A stretch of DNA of 64,000 nt from contig CAVSOU010000010.1 in assembly GCA_963729625.1 (NCBI GenBank), positions 544,001 through 608,000 on the forward strand. Reading direction: 5' to 3'. The position numbers were made by a program, and so were the translations under genes. The stretch comes from an uncultured bacterium. Its GTDB lineage: Bacteria; Chloroflexota; UBA5177; JANWHV01. The notes beneath the pieces were generated by a model, which saw only the letters and a list, made by a program, of their open reading frames with translations, had not been told where the DNA came from and searched no databases. Of the stretch, positions 21,159 through 30,967 are shown one piece after another; position 1 is the first letter of the stretch; each line of letters opens with the position of its first letter.

Positions 21159-21167
21159 GTCAATCAC

Positions 21168-21241
21168 GCCCCTATAGCTCAGATGGATAGAGCGAGCGCG
21201 TCCTAAGCGCTGCGTCGGCGGTTCGAGTCCGTCTAGGGGCA
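21168..21241 (+). tRNA. tRNA-Arg(CCT)
   Basis: Acceptor GCCCCTA/TAGGGGC, D arm GCTC/GAGC with A20, anticodon arm AGCGC-GTCCTAA-GCGCT, T arm GGCGG-TTCGAGT-CCGTC; CCA not encoded. Confidence 0.93.
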
Positions 21242-21504
21242 CAATCTGGTATGCTGTCAGTAGCACATGAGCCGTTTTAGACGATCCAGCTGCCGACCCA
21301 ACGTAGCGCTTCCGCCCCTGTGGCAGCGCAGTCAGCGCGCCCCTTCTCACATGCTACGTTGCTGGTGTACTTGCACACGATACATCGACGCCGCGTGCGC
21401 TTATTTGCGCGCCCGCCTTTCGGTAGCGATTGGCGTCGTCCTTCCGGCCAGTGCCTCCATATCGGCGCCAAGAGGCGTCCCAACTTTCTCCATGCAGGAG
21501 GCAT

Positions 21505-24000
21505 ATGTCCACTCCGTTAGACGAGGCATTGGAGGCTCCGTTCCATGCCGACGATAGTAACCTGGCCGCCAGGTCCGAATCGGACACCGGCGAAACACCG
21601 ACACCGACGGCGCTAGCACCGGTTGCCCCCGGCGTTGAGCCGGACCAGTCTGAAGCCCATTCCGCATCGTCGCGTGTTCGGCGCTTTGCACCCAAGCGTT
21701 CCCGATCCGTCAAGCCTACCGATGACCGGCTCGCCGTCTCTCCGGCGGAGGCTTTCGTGACGCCGGCCGTTGCGGGAGATCATAGCCAGACGATTGCGGA
21801 TGAGGTCGGTAGCGGCGTATCTGCAGTTGCCGCGCGTCTCGATGCACGGCAGGCGGACCGGCATGTTCCTGACGCCGCGCCGCAGGTCGCTTCAGGCAAT
21901 ATCCCAGGCCACGCCACCACGCAACATGCCCTCGTTGATCCGGGGGTCGTTCAGACCCCGGCCCGGACCACCCGGCCTTCGCGCTCGCGTTCGCGACAGC
22001 CCAGGGCAGGAGCAGCCGCGGTTCACGCCACGTTGCCCGATGTTTCAGCACCTGCCCGGCCGGAGGTTCAGCTATCGGCTGAGCACTCCCAGGCGGCTAG
22101 CGCCACAATTGAGCTTTTGCGTGACCCGCGCCCCGAAACCGCCGACATTGCTGGAGGCGCCCATGCTCCCTCGTTGGCCGTGAGCGTTGAGCCAGCGGCC
22201 GTGCATGGTGAGGTCACGTCCACGCTAGCCACTGATAGCGAGCAGGGAGCTACGGACGCTGCGCTGACTAGCGCGAAGCGCCCGCCTCGCAGACGTTCGC
22301 GCGCGAGAGGTTCACGCAAAGCGGGCAGCGTCGTTCCGAACGAGTCGGCGCCCGTTGAAGCTCCCGAAGCGGAGCCGCCGGCGCCGTCGACTGACCTGCT
22401 GGCCGACGATGCGCTGTCCGAGCAGATTGGCGTCTCCACGGCCAGTAACCTCGACGTCACGACCACGGACCAAGCTGAGCCGCGCGTGCTAGATAAGCAG
22501 GCATCGACGCGGCCGCCTCGTTCCCGGCGCCCGCGGCGCCGGACGCCGTCCGGGGCCAGTCAGCCGGCAACGCCGACCAGCAACGTCGGTCAGGACGACG
22601 CGGTCGTCGTCGATTCAGCCGCGTCGGGCGATTTCATCGCCAGCGCGGAAGCGACCCTGGAGGAGCCGTTCTTCCTGACTGCACCCGGTGGCGAGGTCGA
22701 TGGAGCCGAGGCGTTAGCCCGGTCACTCCTCGACATGTTCCCTCCCATCGAAGAGATCCAGGCTGTGGTTGACGGTGAGACGGGCCTGGAGCAGGCGTTG
22801 CCCCACGAACTCGATGGGCTGGACGAAGCCGTCGAGTCAGAGTCCATACCGGGTGATGACGTCCCTACGAGCTCGGCGATCTCGTCTGATGTGGAGGAGG
22901 ATTCCGGCTCGGATGCCGCGCGCCGCCGCGGACGCCGAGGTCGTCGAGGCGGACGAGGTAGGAGGCGCGGGGCACTGCACGTAATTCCGGATACAGAGAC
23001 CGCCACCGAGCCGGCCGATGCGCCTTTGGCAGCCGAGGCTCTGGTGCCTCGGCCGGAGGCGCCGATACAGAACTATGCGGATTTGTTTACGCCGGATGTG
23101 AGCGGACGGATCGAGCGGCCCTGGCGCGAGCGTGGCCCGCAGCGGCGCTGGGGGCGCACGTTCCCGCGAAGCGCGCAATCAATCGCCATGCCGCCGCCCA
23201 AGCCCAGCCAGACTGGGCGCTTTGCGCCCATTCCGCAAGCCGTCGCACCGTCGCTGATCTCGCAACCAGTGCAACCGCTGGTAGCGCGGGCGGCGCCGCT
23301 GATTGAGCTGCCCAGTCTGCGAACCGACGAGCCTTTGGCGCCTGGGGAGAGCAGGACCGAGCGCTTGCTGGACATTCAGAATCAATTGCTGCGCGCGATG
23401 ATAGAGGGCCAATCTCGCCAGATCGAGTCGCTGACCGCTAACGTCGACGCACTCCATCAGGCCGTTCGGGATCTGGCGGCCGGCGCGGGCGCGCGCGCGT
23501 TCAAGCCCAAGACCGCCATCTTCGTCGATGCACCCAATGTCTGCTACGCGGCAGCCAATGCGCGTGTCAACCTCGATTTCGGGCGCATGCTCAAGTATCT
23601 GTCGCGCGACCGCCATCTCGTTCACGCCTTATCCTACTCGCCGATCATCGACGATGTGCGCGAGGGTATCCGATACGAGACGCAAAGATTCGTCGCGCCG
23701 TTCCTGCGAACCGGATACAAGCTGATCACAAAGCCGTTAAAGCGCTTCTCGGACGGCAGCGCAAAGGGGAACTTCGATCTCGAGTTGGCGCTCGATATCT
23801 TGACCATGGCTGAACGCCTCGACGTCGTCGTATTGGTGTCTGGTGACAGCGATTTCGAGTGCGTCATCGAGCACATCCAGCAGAGAGGCGTGCGTGTGGA
23901 AGTCGTAGCCTTCGCCTCCAACGTCTCAACCGAGTTGGTGAATATCGCCGACTCGTTCATCGACATCATGCAGCACGTCGAACATTTCAAGGCGCTCTAG
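21505..24000 (+). CDS. NYN (LabA/DUF88) domain protein with about 600-aa disordered N-terminus
   Basis: AGGAGG SD before ATG 21505; C-terminal AIFVDAPNV, KGNFDLELALD, VVLVSGDSDF, GVRVEVVAF, ADSFID. Confidence 0.87.
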   Translation: MSTPLDEALEAPFHADDSNLAARSESDTGETPTPTALAPVAPGVEPDQSEAHSASSRVRRFAPKRSRSVKPTDDRLAVSPAEAFVTPAVAGDHSQTIADEVGSGVSAVAARLDARQADRHVPDAAPQVASGNIPGHATTQHALVDPGVVQTPARTTRPSRSRSRQPRAGAAAVHATLPDVSAPARPEVQLSAEHSQAASATIELLRDPRPETADIAGGAHAPSLAVSVEPAAVHGEVTSTLATDSEQGATDAALTSAKRPPRRRSRARGSRKAGSVVPNESAPVEAPEAEPPAPSTDLLADDALSEQIGVSTASNLDVTTTDQAEPRVLDKQASTRPPRSRRPRRRTPSGASQPATPTSNVGQDDAVVVDSAASGDFIASAEATLEEPFFLTAPGGEVDGAEALARSLLDMFPPIEEIQAVVDGETGLEQALPHELDGLDEAVESESIPGDDVPTSSAISSDVEEDSGSDAARRRGRRGRRGGRGRRRGALHVIPDTETATEPADAPLAAEALVPRPEAPIQNYADLFTPDVSGRIERPWRERGPQRRWGRTFPRSAQSIAMPPPKPSQTGRFAPIPQAVAPSLISQPVQPLVARAAPLIELPSLRTDEPLAPGESRTERLLDIQNQLLRAMIEGQSRQIESLTANVDALHQAVRDLAAGAGARAFKPKTAIFVDAPNVCYAAANARVNLDFGRMLKYLSRDRHLVHALSYSPIIDDVREGIRYETQRFVAPFLRTGYKLITKPLKRFSDGSAKGNFDLELALDILTMAERLDVVVLVSGDSDFECVIEHIQQRGVRVEVVAFASNVSTELVNIADSFIDIMQHVEHFKAL

Positions 24001-24007
24001 GTCGGAA

Positions 24008-24039
24008 GCCAGGCATGGCAGTATACCGCCTTGCCTGGC
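24008..24039 (+). terminator. Stem-loop after the NYN gene (no U-tract)
   Basis: GCCAGGCA...TGCCTGGC with inner GGC/GCC pairs, 8 nt after the stop codon. Confidence 0.4.
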
Positions 24040-24297
24040 GCCGCAGCCTGGTCCTGTATGATTTCGCCGTGGGGCAGCATCGGCCCAGGTGAGAACGGCT
24101 TCGCAATAGTCGACGCCGTGACATGCCGTTTTCAAGTCGCTGACCGAACGCTCGCATGCCTGAGCTACCCGCGCCCCACGACTGCCAATCGCCGAGCAAC
24201 CTCGCCGCTTAACGGCTCGATAGCATCGGCCACTTGCCGTGCACGTACGAGCACTTCAGGGTGCTTGGCCCGCCACATGGAATTGCAGTCTTCCTCG

Positions 24298-25188
24298 TCA
24301 GGTGCCCGGAGCGGCGCCGCCCTGAAGACCGACAGCCTCGGCAAAACGGCGGAGCGCCGCCAGGTGGGCGGTTGGCGTCGCGAAGCCGCAGTCGGTGGTC
24401 TGCACAACGCCGTGAGTGGCACCGGCCGTCTGCCAGTCCCGCAGTAACTGCTGCCACACCGCCGGATCCCCCGCGCCATACGGAATGCGCGCTTCCAGGC
24501 CCACATCGGCGCGGCTCCGCCCAGCTTCCGCAAGGGAGCGGTCCAGCAGCTCCAGACCGGGCCGTCCCTCCTGGGCGCTGGTGTGGAGCGGCATCCAGCC
24601 ATCGCCCAGTCGCGCCACGCGCCGGATTGCAGCCTCGGACTGGCCGCCGAACCACAGCGGGATCGGCCGCTGCACTGGAAGCGGGCTCGACCCGGCGTTT
24701 CGCACGTTGTGCCAGCGGCCGTGATAGTCTACCGACTCCTGGGTCCACAGTTGCCGAAGGAGCCGCACCTGTTCCTCCACGCGCTGCCCGCGCGTGTGCA
24801 TATCGGCGCCCATCGCTGCATACTCGAACTCGTTCCAGCCGAGACCCAACCCCAGCCGCAATCGCCCGCCGCTCAGGATATCCAGGGTAGCGGCTTGCTT
24901 GGCCACCAGCACCGTCTGGCGCTGCGGCAGCAATAACACCCACGTGCTGAATGCCAGCCGACGGGTCACCGCCGCCATGAAGCCGAAGAGCACTAACGGC
25001 TCATAGAAAGCGGTCGTGTTGGTCACCCAGCCCGTCCAGCCGCCGGGTCGATTGGGGTTCGGTCCAATGACATGGTCGTCTGCAGCGACGTGGCTGAAGC
25101 CCAGCGCCTCGACCGTTTGCGCGTAGTCGCGCACGGCGGCGGGATCGGTGCCGAACTCGACATGGGGGAAGACAACGCCGATCTTCAT
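24298..25188 (-). CDS. LLM-class, probably F420-dependent oxidoreductase
   Basis: MKIGVVFP, DHVIG, VLLLPQRQTVLVAKQAATLDILSGGRLRLGLGLGWN, PVQRPIPLWFGG. Confidence 0.87.
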   Translation of the reverse strand: MKIGVVFPHVEFGTDPAAVRDYAQTVEALGFSHVAADDHVIGPNPNRPGGWTGWVTNTTAFYEPLVLFGFMAAVTRRLAFSTWVLLLPQRQTVLVAKQAATLDILSGGRLRLGLGLGWNEFEYAAMGADMHTRGQRVEEQVRLLRQLWTQESVDYHGRWHNVRNAGSSPLPVQRPIPLWFGGQSEAAIRRVARLGDGWMPLHTSAQEGRPGLELLDRSLAEAGRSRADVGLEARIPYGAGDPAVWQQLLRDWQTAGATHGVVQTTDCGFATPTAHLAALRRFAEAVGLQGGAAPGT

Positions 25189-25537
25189 CGATGCTCCTCA
25201 CACCTGTATCCATTGTGTTGGTAGCGCCTCGGGAAGGCGCCTGGTACATGGTAGCGCGGTGTAGCGCCAATTGGTCGTGCCATCTGCCGGGTACGGGTGT
25301 ACCTCGCGATTGTCGTGGACGCCTGGGGTCTCGCGCCACCTCGCCAATGCGGCCCCACCCAGTCTTCCTGATTACTGCCGCCAGACAAGCCTGCCACTAT
25401 CGCTCCTTGAGCGTCGCTCCCATCACGTCGTATGCTGCTTGCGCCTCGTGCTCTTCCACAGTCTGGGCATAGCACATCAATCGCCGCTAACGTGGAGTAG
25501 ATCGCTCATTGGTCGATTGATCACGGTTGACGTCGAA

Positions 25538-26620
25538 TCAGCAAGCTGCCGAGGGCACCATCGCGCCGCAAGACCCACGCACCACGAGGTGTGTGTAAAG
25601 CAGGGTCTTGGTCGGCATGACCGATTCGCCACGAAGCAGTGCCAGGAGCCGGCGCACGGCCTCCCTGCCCATCTCGGCCCGAGGCACGCTGACCGTGGTC
25701 AGTGGAGGCGTCGTGTGTGCGCTTTCCAGCACGTCGTCGATGCTCACCAATGCCATATCCCTTGGTATCTGCAGGCCCCTTTCCTTCAGCGCCTCCAGCG
25801 CGCCAAATGCGGTCTTGTCGCTGATGGCCACAACTGCAGTCGGAGGGTGTTCGGTATCCAGAAGTCCTTGCATCTGCTGGTAACCCTTCTGCCCGCCAGC
25901 ATGAGGCGTTGGCACGGGCATCAGCAACTGATCTGCCGGGATCTCGTGCTCGCCTAGCGCATCCAGGTATCCCTCCTGGCGATCGACCAGGCTGCGATAC
26001 TTTCGCGGGCCGCGAAGCAGTCCGATACGCGTGTGGCCGAGTTGGAGCAGATGTCGGGTGGCCAAGTAGCCGGCAGTCACGTTGTCGGCAACGACGCAAT
26101 GCAGTGGCTGATCGACGACATAGTTATCGACCAGCACAGCGGGAATGCTGCTGGCCACCAATCTGCGAATCGCGCCCTCAGTCAAGTCACCGCCGTTCGC
26201 TAGAATCAAACCGTCGGTCTCGCCGCGCAGGCTGTTGAGCAAGGAGTCCACACCTGACTCTCCGCCTTCCAGCAGATTGAGCATGACGCGATGGCGTTGG
26301 CGCTGCGCTTCGGCCTGTATACCCTGCAGGACCTCGGAATAGAAGATGTCGCGCTCGATCGGCTGAACCAGCTGTTCGGTGATGATGGAGAAAGTGTACC
26401 TATCGTCATCGCGGCGCAGCCGTGGACGCTGGACGTAGCCCAGCTGGTGCATTACAGCGAGGGTGCGTGCCCGAGTCTCGTTGCTGACCCCCGGACGACC
26501 TGTGGCGACGAGGGACACTGCTGCAGCCGACACGCCCGCAGCACGCGCGACATCGCGCATGCTTGGGCGGCGTCCGTGCATCAGCACCTGTTGTTCCACC
26601 TCATCCGACTTGGCACGCAT
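25538..26620 (-). CDS. LacI-family transcriptional regulator
   Basis: SMRDVARAAGVSAAAVSLV HTH; PTAVVAISDKTAFG, IPRDMALVSIDD, PPLTTV. Confidence 0.93.
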   Translation of the reverse strand: MRAKSDEVEQQVLMHGRRPSMRDVARAAGVSAAAVSLVATGRPGVSNETRARTLAVMHQLGYVQRPRLRRDDDRYTFSIITEQLVQPIERDIFYSEVLQGIQAEAQRQRHRVMLNLLEGGESGVDSLLNSLRGETDGLILANGGDLTEGAIRRLVASSIPAVLVDNYVVDQPLHCVVADNVTAGYLATRHLLQLGHTRIGLLRGPRKYRSLVDRQEGYLDALGEHEIPADQLLMPVPTPHAGGQKGYQQMQGLLDTEHPPTAVVAISDKTAFGALEALKERGLQIPRDMALVSIDDVLESAHTTPPLTTVSVPRAEMGREAVRRLLALLRGESVMPTKTLLYTHLVVRGSCGAMVPSAAC

Positions 26621-27118
26621 CTAAACACTCCATCACACAGCCCCTGCGGAGACATAGTACTGCTTGACTGCAGACTCCAGCAATCAGCCCCCTCGCCCCC
26701 GCCCCACGAGCGCTTCCGCCAACCCGTCGACCTTAACATTACCACATTTGTGGGCGAGTGTTTAGTAGTGGAGGCGATGCCTGATCACTGTGCGCACTGT
26801 GCTCGCCCGGCCCGGCCTGCTGGAGGCACGGCCGTTGCATCGAGCACGGTACCCCGCCCAGGGCCAGGGCTTACTCAGATATAGCGTGCTGTGGTCTGGA
26901 CCACGTTGCCGATGGCGGCCTGAGAGCGGCCGCGGGAAGTGTCGATGGCTTACGCGCACAGCTGACGAAGATGCATCAAACTGGTCGGGCGTTGGACAAA
27001 CCGCCTCCGTATCGACGCCAGAGACAGTCCCCTCAATGGAGTTTGCGTAAGCAGCGAACCGTGCGTGAGTATACTGAACAATCAGTTCGGCTTCAACGGA
27101 ACGCTAATGAACGACACC

Positions 27119-27147
27119 TTGACACCCACATGGCCGGATGCTATGCT
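27119..27147 (+). promoter_or_regulatory. Sigma70-type promoter of ABC operon 1
   Basis: TTGACA, 17 nt, TATGCT with extended TG. Confidence 0.65.
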
Positions 27148-27334
27148 CGTCTCAGAAACCCGGGGATCGGCTCGTTTCACTGTATGCAGATGCCATGCAA
27201 GGTCCCCGCCTCAGAGAGGAGGTGAGCCGACCGCAGCACCTACAGGTTCACGGCTTCGAGGAATGATCTGGCGGTGTTATCGTGGCTTGTCTTTGGCACA
27301 ACGCAAAGTGCCGACCAGACGCAAAAGGAGTGAT

Positions 27335-28711
27335 ATGGACCGCGCAGCAACCACTACGCCGGATGCGAAGAAGATCGAGCGCAAGACATTTCTCAAAGGC
27401 GCCGTAGCCACTGCCGCGGCGGTAGCAGGATCCGGCGCGGCGACCGGGATCGCGAAAGCTTCGCCACGCGTCGAGGTAATCAGCTCGGCGCCGACCGGCG
27501 AAGCCCTTATCTGGATAAATACAAACCTGTTCACTGACGCGCAGGTGGCGGCCTTCAACAAGCGCTATCCAGGCGTCACGATCAAGCAGCAGAAGACGAC
27601 CTATGTCCCCGGCACGCCGAGCCTGTCGTCGCACCTGGTGACGGGAGTGGATGTCCCGGACGGCATCTTCTTCATGGAGGACGCGTACCTCGGGCAATTC
27701 GCCCCGAATCTGTATGACGTTGCCCCGTTTGTGAAGCCCTATGCGAGCAAGGTCGCTCCCTTCAAGCTGGCCGTCACCAAGCAGTTGGGCAAGCAGGTCG
27801 GCATTCCCTGGGACATCTGTCCGGTTTACCTGATCCACAACATGGACATCCTTAGCCAGGCGGGCGTCGACGTGACCAAAATCGTCACCCACGACGATCT
27901 CATCGCCGCGGCGCAGGAGATTAAGGCCAAGGTGCCGACCTGCAAGACGCCGATTGGCTTTGGCTCCGATGCGGCTCACGTGCAGATGCAGGTCGAGGCC
28001 ATGGTCTGGCAGCAGCACTCGGGCATCATCGACGCCAAGGGCAATCTCAATATCATGGCCCAGGAGTACACGAACGTCTTCCAGTACCTGGAGAAAGCGG
28101 CCAAAGCTGGGGTCATGGCAGAGCCTGCCCTCTTTACCACGCCCACGCTCTACAACACGTGGAACAAGGGCCAGGTGGCGATGATTATTTTCGCCGACTG
28201 GTGGTCGCACTGGAACTCGCCTGGCCTGAAGCCCCTGGTGGGCAAGATCGGCCTGGCCAAGCAGCCGGTGTTCACGCCCGGCAAGGACAGCCCCTATTCC
28301 ATCATGGGCGGCTCAGCCTACGTGGTGCCGCTGAAGGCCAAGAACCCTGCGGCTGGGGCCGTGTTCGGCACCTTCCAGCTCTTCGAGCCGGACGCGCTGA
28401 AGTTGGGCAACGCATCGCTCGTCTACTCGGCCGTCCTGCCGTCGGCCGAGGCGCTCTGGCCGTTGGTCGAACTGGATGCCATCCGCCACAAGGAGCTGCT
28501 CAGCCCCACGGTGCACGAGCATGACATGCTCGTGACGGCCGCGCTGGGCGCGCCGGCCAGCTACCGCTATCCGCCGTGGTACTCCCAGGCGTTCCCCTAC
28601 TACAGCCCGCCCGTGCTCAATCTCGTGAGGGGCAAGATCACTGCTGCGCAGTGTCAGCAGCAGGTTTACAACGACGTGCTGAACAAGGTGGTCAAGCGCT
28701 ATAACCCGTAG
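27335..28711 (+). CDS. Sugar ABC transporter substrate-binding protein 1 (Tat-like leader)
   Basis: AAGGAG SD; ERKTFLKGAV leader; FNKRYPGVTIK, GIPWD...HNMDILSQAGVD, MGGSAYVVP; followed by two permeases. Confidence 0.88.
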   Translation: MDRAATTTPDAKKIERKTFLKGAVATAAAVAGSGAATGIAKASPRVEVISSAPTGEALIWINTNLFTDAQVAAFNKRYPGVTIKQQKTTYVPGTPSLSSHLVTGVDVPDGIFFMEDAYLGQFAPNLYDVAPFVKPYASKVAPFKLAVTKQLGKQVGIPWDICPVYLIHNMDILSQAGVDVTKIVTHDDLIAAAQEIKAKVPTCKTPIGFGSDAAHVQMQVEAMVWQQHSGIIDAKGNLNIMAQEYTNVFQYLEKAAKAGVMAEPALFTTPTLYNTWNKGQVAMIIFADWWSHWNSPGLKPLVGKIGLAKQPVFTPGKDSPYSIMGGSAYVVPLKAKNPAAGAVFGTFQLFEPDALKLGNASLVYSAVLPSAEALWPLVELDAIRHKELLSPTVHEHDMLVTAALGAPASYRYPPWYSQAFPYYSPPVLNLVRGKITAAQCQQQVYNDVLNKVVKRYNP

Positions 28712-28747
28712 CAACGATCTCCAATCAACGCGTGCCGTGCCGTATCA

Positions 28748-28791
28748 TGTGATCCGGAGGCGTGGTCGAAGACTCACACCTCCGGATCACA
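28748..28791 (+). other. Strong stem-loop between SBP1 and the permeases
   Basis: TGTGATCCGGAGG / CCTCCGGATCACA, 13-bp perfect stem, no U-tract. Confidence 0.75.
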
Positions 28792-29024
28792 ACCCACGTC
28801 ATGACTCCATTGGTGGCGAATCGCAGAGGAACCTTCAGTGGCGTTCTTAGGCGGGAGCGCGTGGACGGGGCAGGTGCTCGCGCTCCCGGATGGTGGCGCT
28901 TCGGGGACGGACCTACCTGCGATGCCGGTAGGTCGTGACTCCAAAGTCGGCCGATTCGGGTGCTGGAGAGTTTCGGCTTCGCGAGATAGGTGTTGCCGAC
29001 CAGGCTAAGACAAGGCAAGCGGAC

Positions 29025-29954
29025 ATGACTGAACGCCAAAGCACAGCTCTCGCATCGCCCGCGCAGACAAGCGGCTATATGAGGCGCGTGCGCTTGATAC
29101 GCACGACCGCCCCGTACGTCTTCATCGCGCCGTTCTTCGCCATCTTCACGACGTTCTTCGCCTACCCTGTAGCCTACTCGTTCTACGTCAGCCTGCATAG
29201 CTACTCCGGCCAAGGCGTGATGAAATGGGTCGGCTGGGACAATTACAACTTTGCTCTTTCCGACAATTACTTCACGGGCGCCCTGCAGAATACTGGCTTT
29301 CTGTGGATGTCCGTGCCTATCACTATCTTGCTGGCGCTGATCATCGCGGTGATCTGGAACCGGCCGGGCATGCTCGGCCGCAGCGTCTTGCTGGTCATGT
29401 TCCTTCTACCCACTGTGATCTCCATCGTGGCAATCTCGGTAATCTTCCGTGTCCTCTACGATCCAACCGCGGGCCCGATCGACATGTCGCTGAGTTGGTT
29501 GGGAATACCGCCGGTGGACTGGCTCAACGACGACACGTCCGCCCGTTGTGGCCTGCTAATTCTGCGCGTGTGGGAGACCCTCGGCCTGGGCGTCCTATTC
29601 ATCGCCTCGTCGCTGCAGGCCATCCCCCAGGACTTCTACGACGCCGCCGCGGTCGACGGCAGTGGGCCGGTACGCACGTTCGTCTCTCTCACCGTGCCGC
29701 TGCTGGCGCGCACCATTCTGTTCCTTGCCGTTTGGTACACGCTTTCCGCCCTGAGTCTGTTCGCGGAGCCGTACCTAGTGATGAACCAGGGCGGCCCGGA
29801 CAACTCGACCCAGACGCTGGGCCTGTATCTCTTCCAAAAGGACATCAACCTCGATCTCGGCACTGCGTCCGCCGTCTCCTTCCTGACAACAAGTGTCATG
29901 GCGGTCATGTCGGTGCTGCTGTTCGTTGCGGCACGCCGCTGGACAAGAGACTAA
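29025..29954 (+). CDS. Carbohydrate ABC permease (MalF-like)
   Basis: APYVFIAPFF, WVGWDNY, LQAIPQDFYDAAAVDGS (EAA loop), GGPDNSTQTL. Confidence 0.92.
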   Translation: MTERQSTALASPAQTSGYMRRVRLIRTTAPYVFIAPFFAIFTTFFAYPVAYSFYVSLHSYSGQGVMKWVGWDNYNFALSDNYFTGALQNTGFLWMSVPITILLALIIAVIWNRPGMLGRSVLLVMFLLPTVISIVAISVIFRVLYDPTAGPIDMSLSWLGIPPVDWLNDDTSARCGLLILRVWETLGLGVLFIASSLQAIPQDFYDAAAVDGSGPVRTFVSLTVPLLARTILFLAVWYTLSALSLFAEPYLVMNQGGPDNSTQTLGLYLFQKDINLDLGTASAVSFLTTSVMAVMSVLLFVAARRWTRD

Positions 29955-29979
29955 GCGGGAAGGATCGGGAGCACTGGAG

Positions 29980-30876
29980 ATGGCGGAGATGCAGGCGGCG
30001 ATGCGGAGGCGGACCCGGCGCGCGTGGCGTAGAGAACTGACGCCCAGCAGGCTCGGCGGCAGGCTTTTGCTGCTGCTGGCGTGGCTTATCGGCCTCGTCT
30101 GTGTCTTTCCCATCGTATGGACTGTTTTTGCCTCATTCCGCCCGGATTCGAGCTTCTTCGTCAACCCGTTCGGCATCAACGTGCACGAGCTGATGCTGGA
30201 CAATTACAAGAGCGCCTGGAATCAAGTCGACTTCGCCACCGGCTTCAAGAACAGTGCCGTGCAGGTGAGCATCATTTTAGTCACCACCCTGTTCTTCTGC
30301 CCTCTGGCCGGCTACGGCTTTGCGAAGTTCGAATTCCGTGGCAAGCAGTTCCTCTTCGGACTGATGATGCTCACACTCTTCTTCGTGCCGATCACGCAGT
30401 ACATCCCGCTGCTGCTCGAGCTGAACAACTTTGGCTGGCTCGATACGTACCACGGGCTGGTCATCCCGCTGCTGGTCAGCTCGCTCGGCATCTTCTGGAT
30501 GAACGGGGTGATCGCCGGCGTGCCGAATGAGCTGCTGCACGCGGCACGCGTGGACGGCTGCGGACTCTTCTCCACCTGGTGGCGCGTTATCATGCCCGTG
30601 ATCAGACCGGCGCTGGTGAGCCTCGGCATCGTCACCTTCCTCAACTCCTACAACGATTACTTCTGGCCTCTGCTCGTCGTGCCCGCGCTGCCCACGGTGC
30701 AAATCCAGTTGGGCGCGCTGCAGGCTTCCTTGCTCACCAACGCGCAGACCACCACTGGCAACTGGGGCGCGATGCTGGCCGGCAGTACCATCGTGTTCGC
30801 GCCTACGGTGATAGTCTTCCTCGTCATGCAGCGTTTCTTCCTGCGCGGCGTGCTGCAAGGCAGCATCAAGGAATAG
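29980..30876 (+). CDS. Carbohydrate ABC permease (MalG-like)
   Basis: AGYGFAKFEFRGK, VPNELLHAARVDGC, YNDYFWPL, QRFFLRG. Confidence 0.92.
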   Translation: MAEMQAAMRRRTRRAWRRELTPSRLGGRLLLLLAWLIGLVCVFPIVWTVFASFRPDSSFFVNPFGINVHELMLDNYKSAWNQVDFATGFKNSAVQVSIILVTTLFFCPLAGYGFAKFEFRGKQFLFGLMMLTLFFVPITQYIPLLLELNNFGWLDTYHGLVIPLLVSSLGIFWMNGVIAGVPNELLHAARVDGCGLFSTWWRVIMPVIRPALVSLGIVTFLNSYNDYFWPLLVVPALPTVQIQLGALQASLLTNAQTTTGNWGAMLAGSTIVFAPTVIVFLVMQRFFLRGVLQGSIKE

Positions 30877-30967
30877 GTGCCTGGTGCCATCGCGGTCGTC
30901 TTGACGCGTGGTACGGCACGGGAACCCTCCCGAGAAGAGATCAGGGGATGGAAAAGGCGGAAGCGTG

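Noticed and set aside
25397-25480. Minus-strand peptide LMCYAQTVEEHEAQAAYDVMGATLKER resembling a tyrosine-recombinase C-terminus
   Set aside because: Only 27 codons, an in-frame stop just upstream and no HxxR or LGH motif; too weak to call a pseudogene.
27065-27334. N-terminal extensions given by the ORF track (SBP1, SBP2, SBP3, lacI 47280 and 47360, gatB, gatC, ahcY, 17595 ORF)
   Set aside because: Family homology, and in most cases an SD, begins at downstream codons; the extensions overlap promoters or neighbouring genes.
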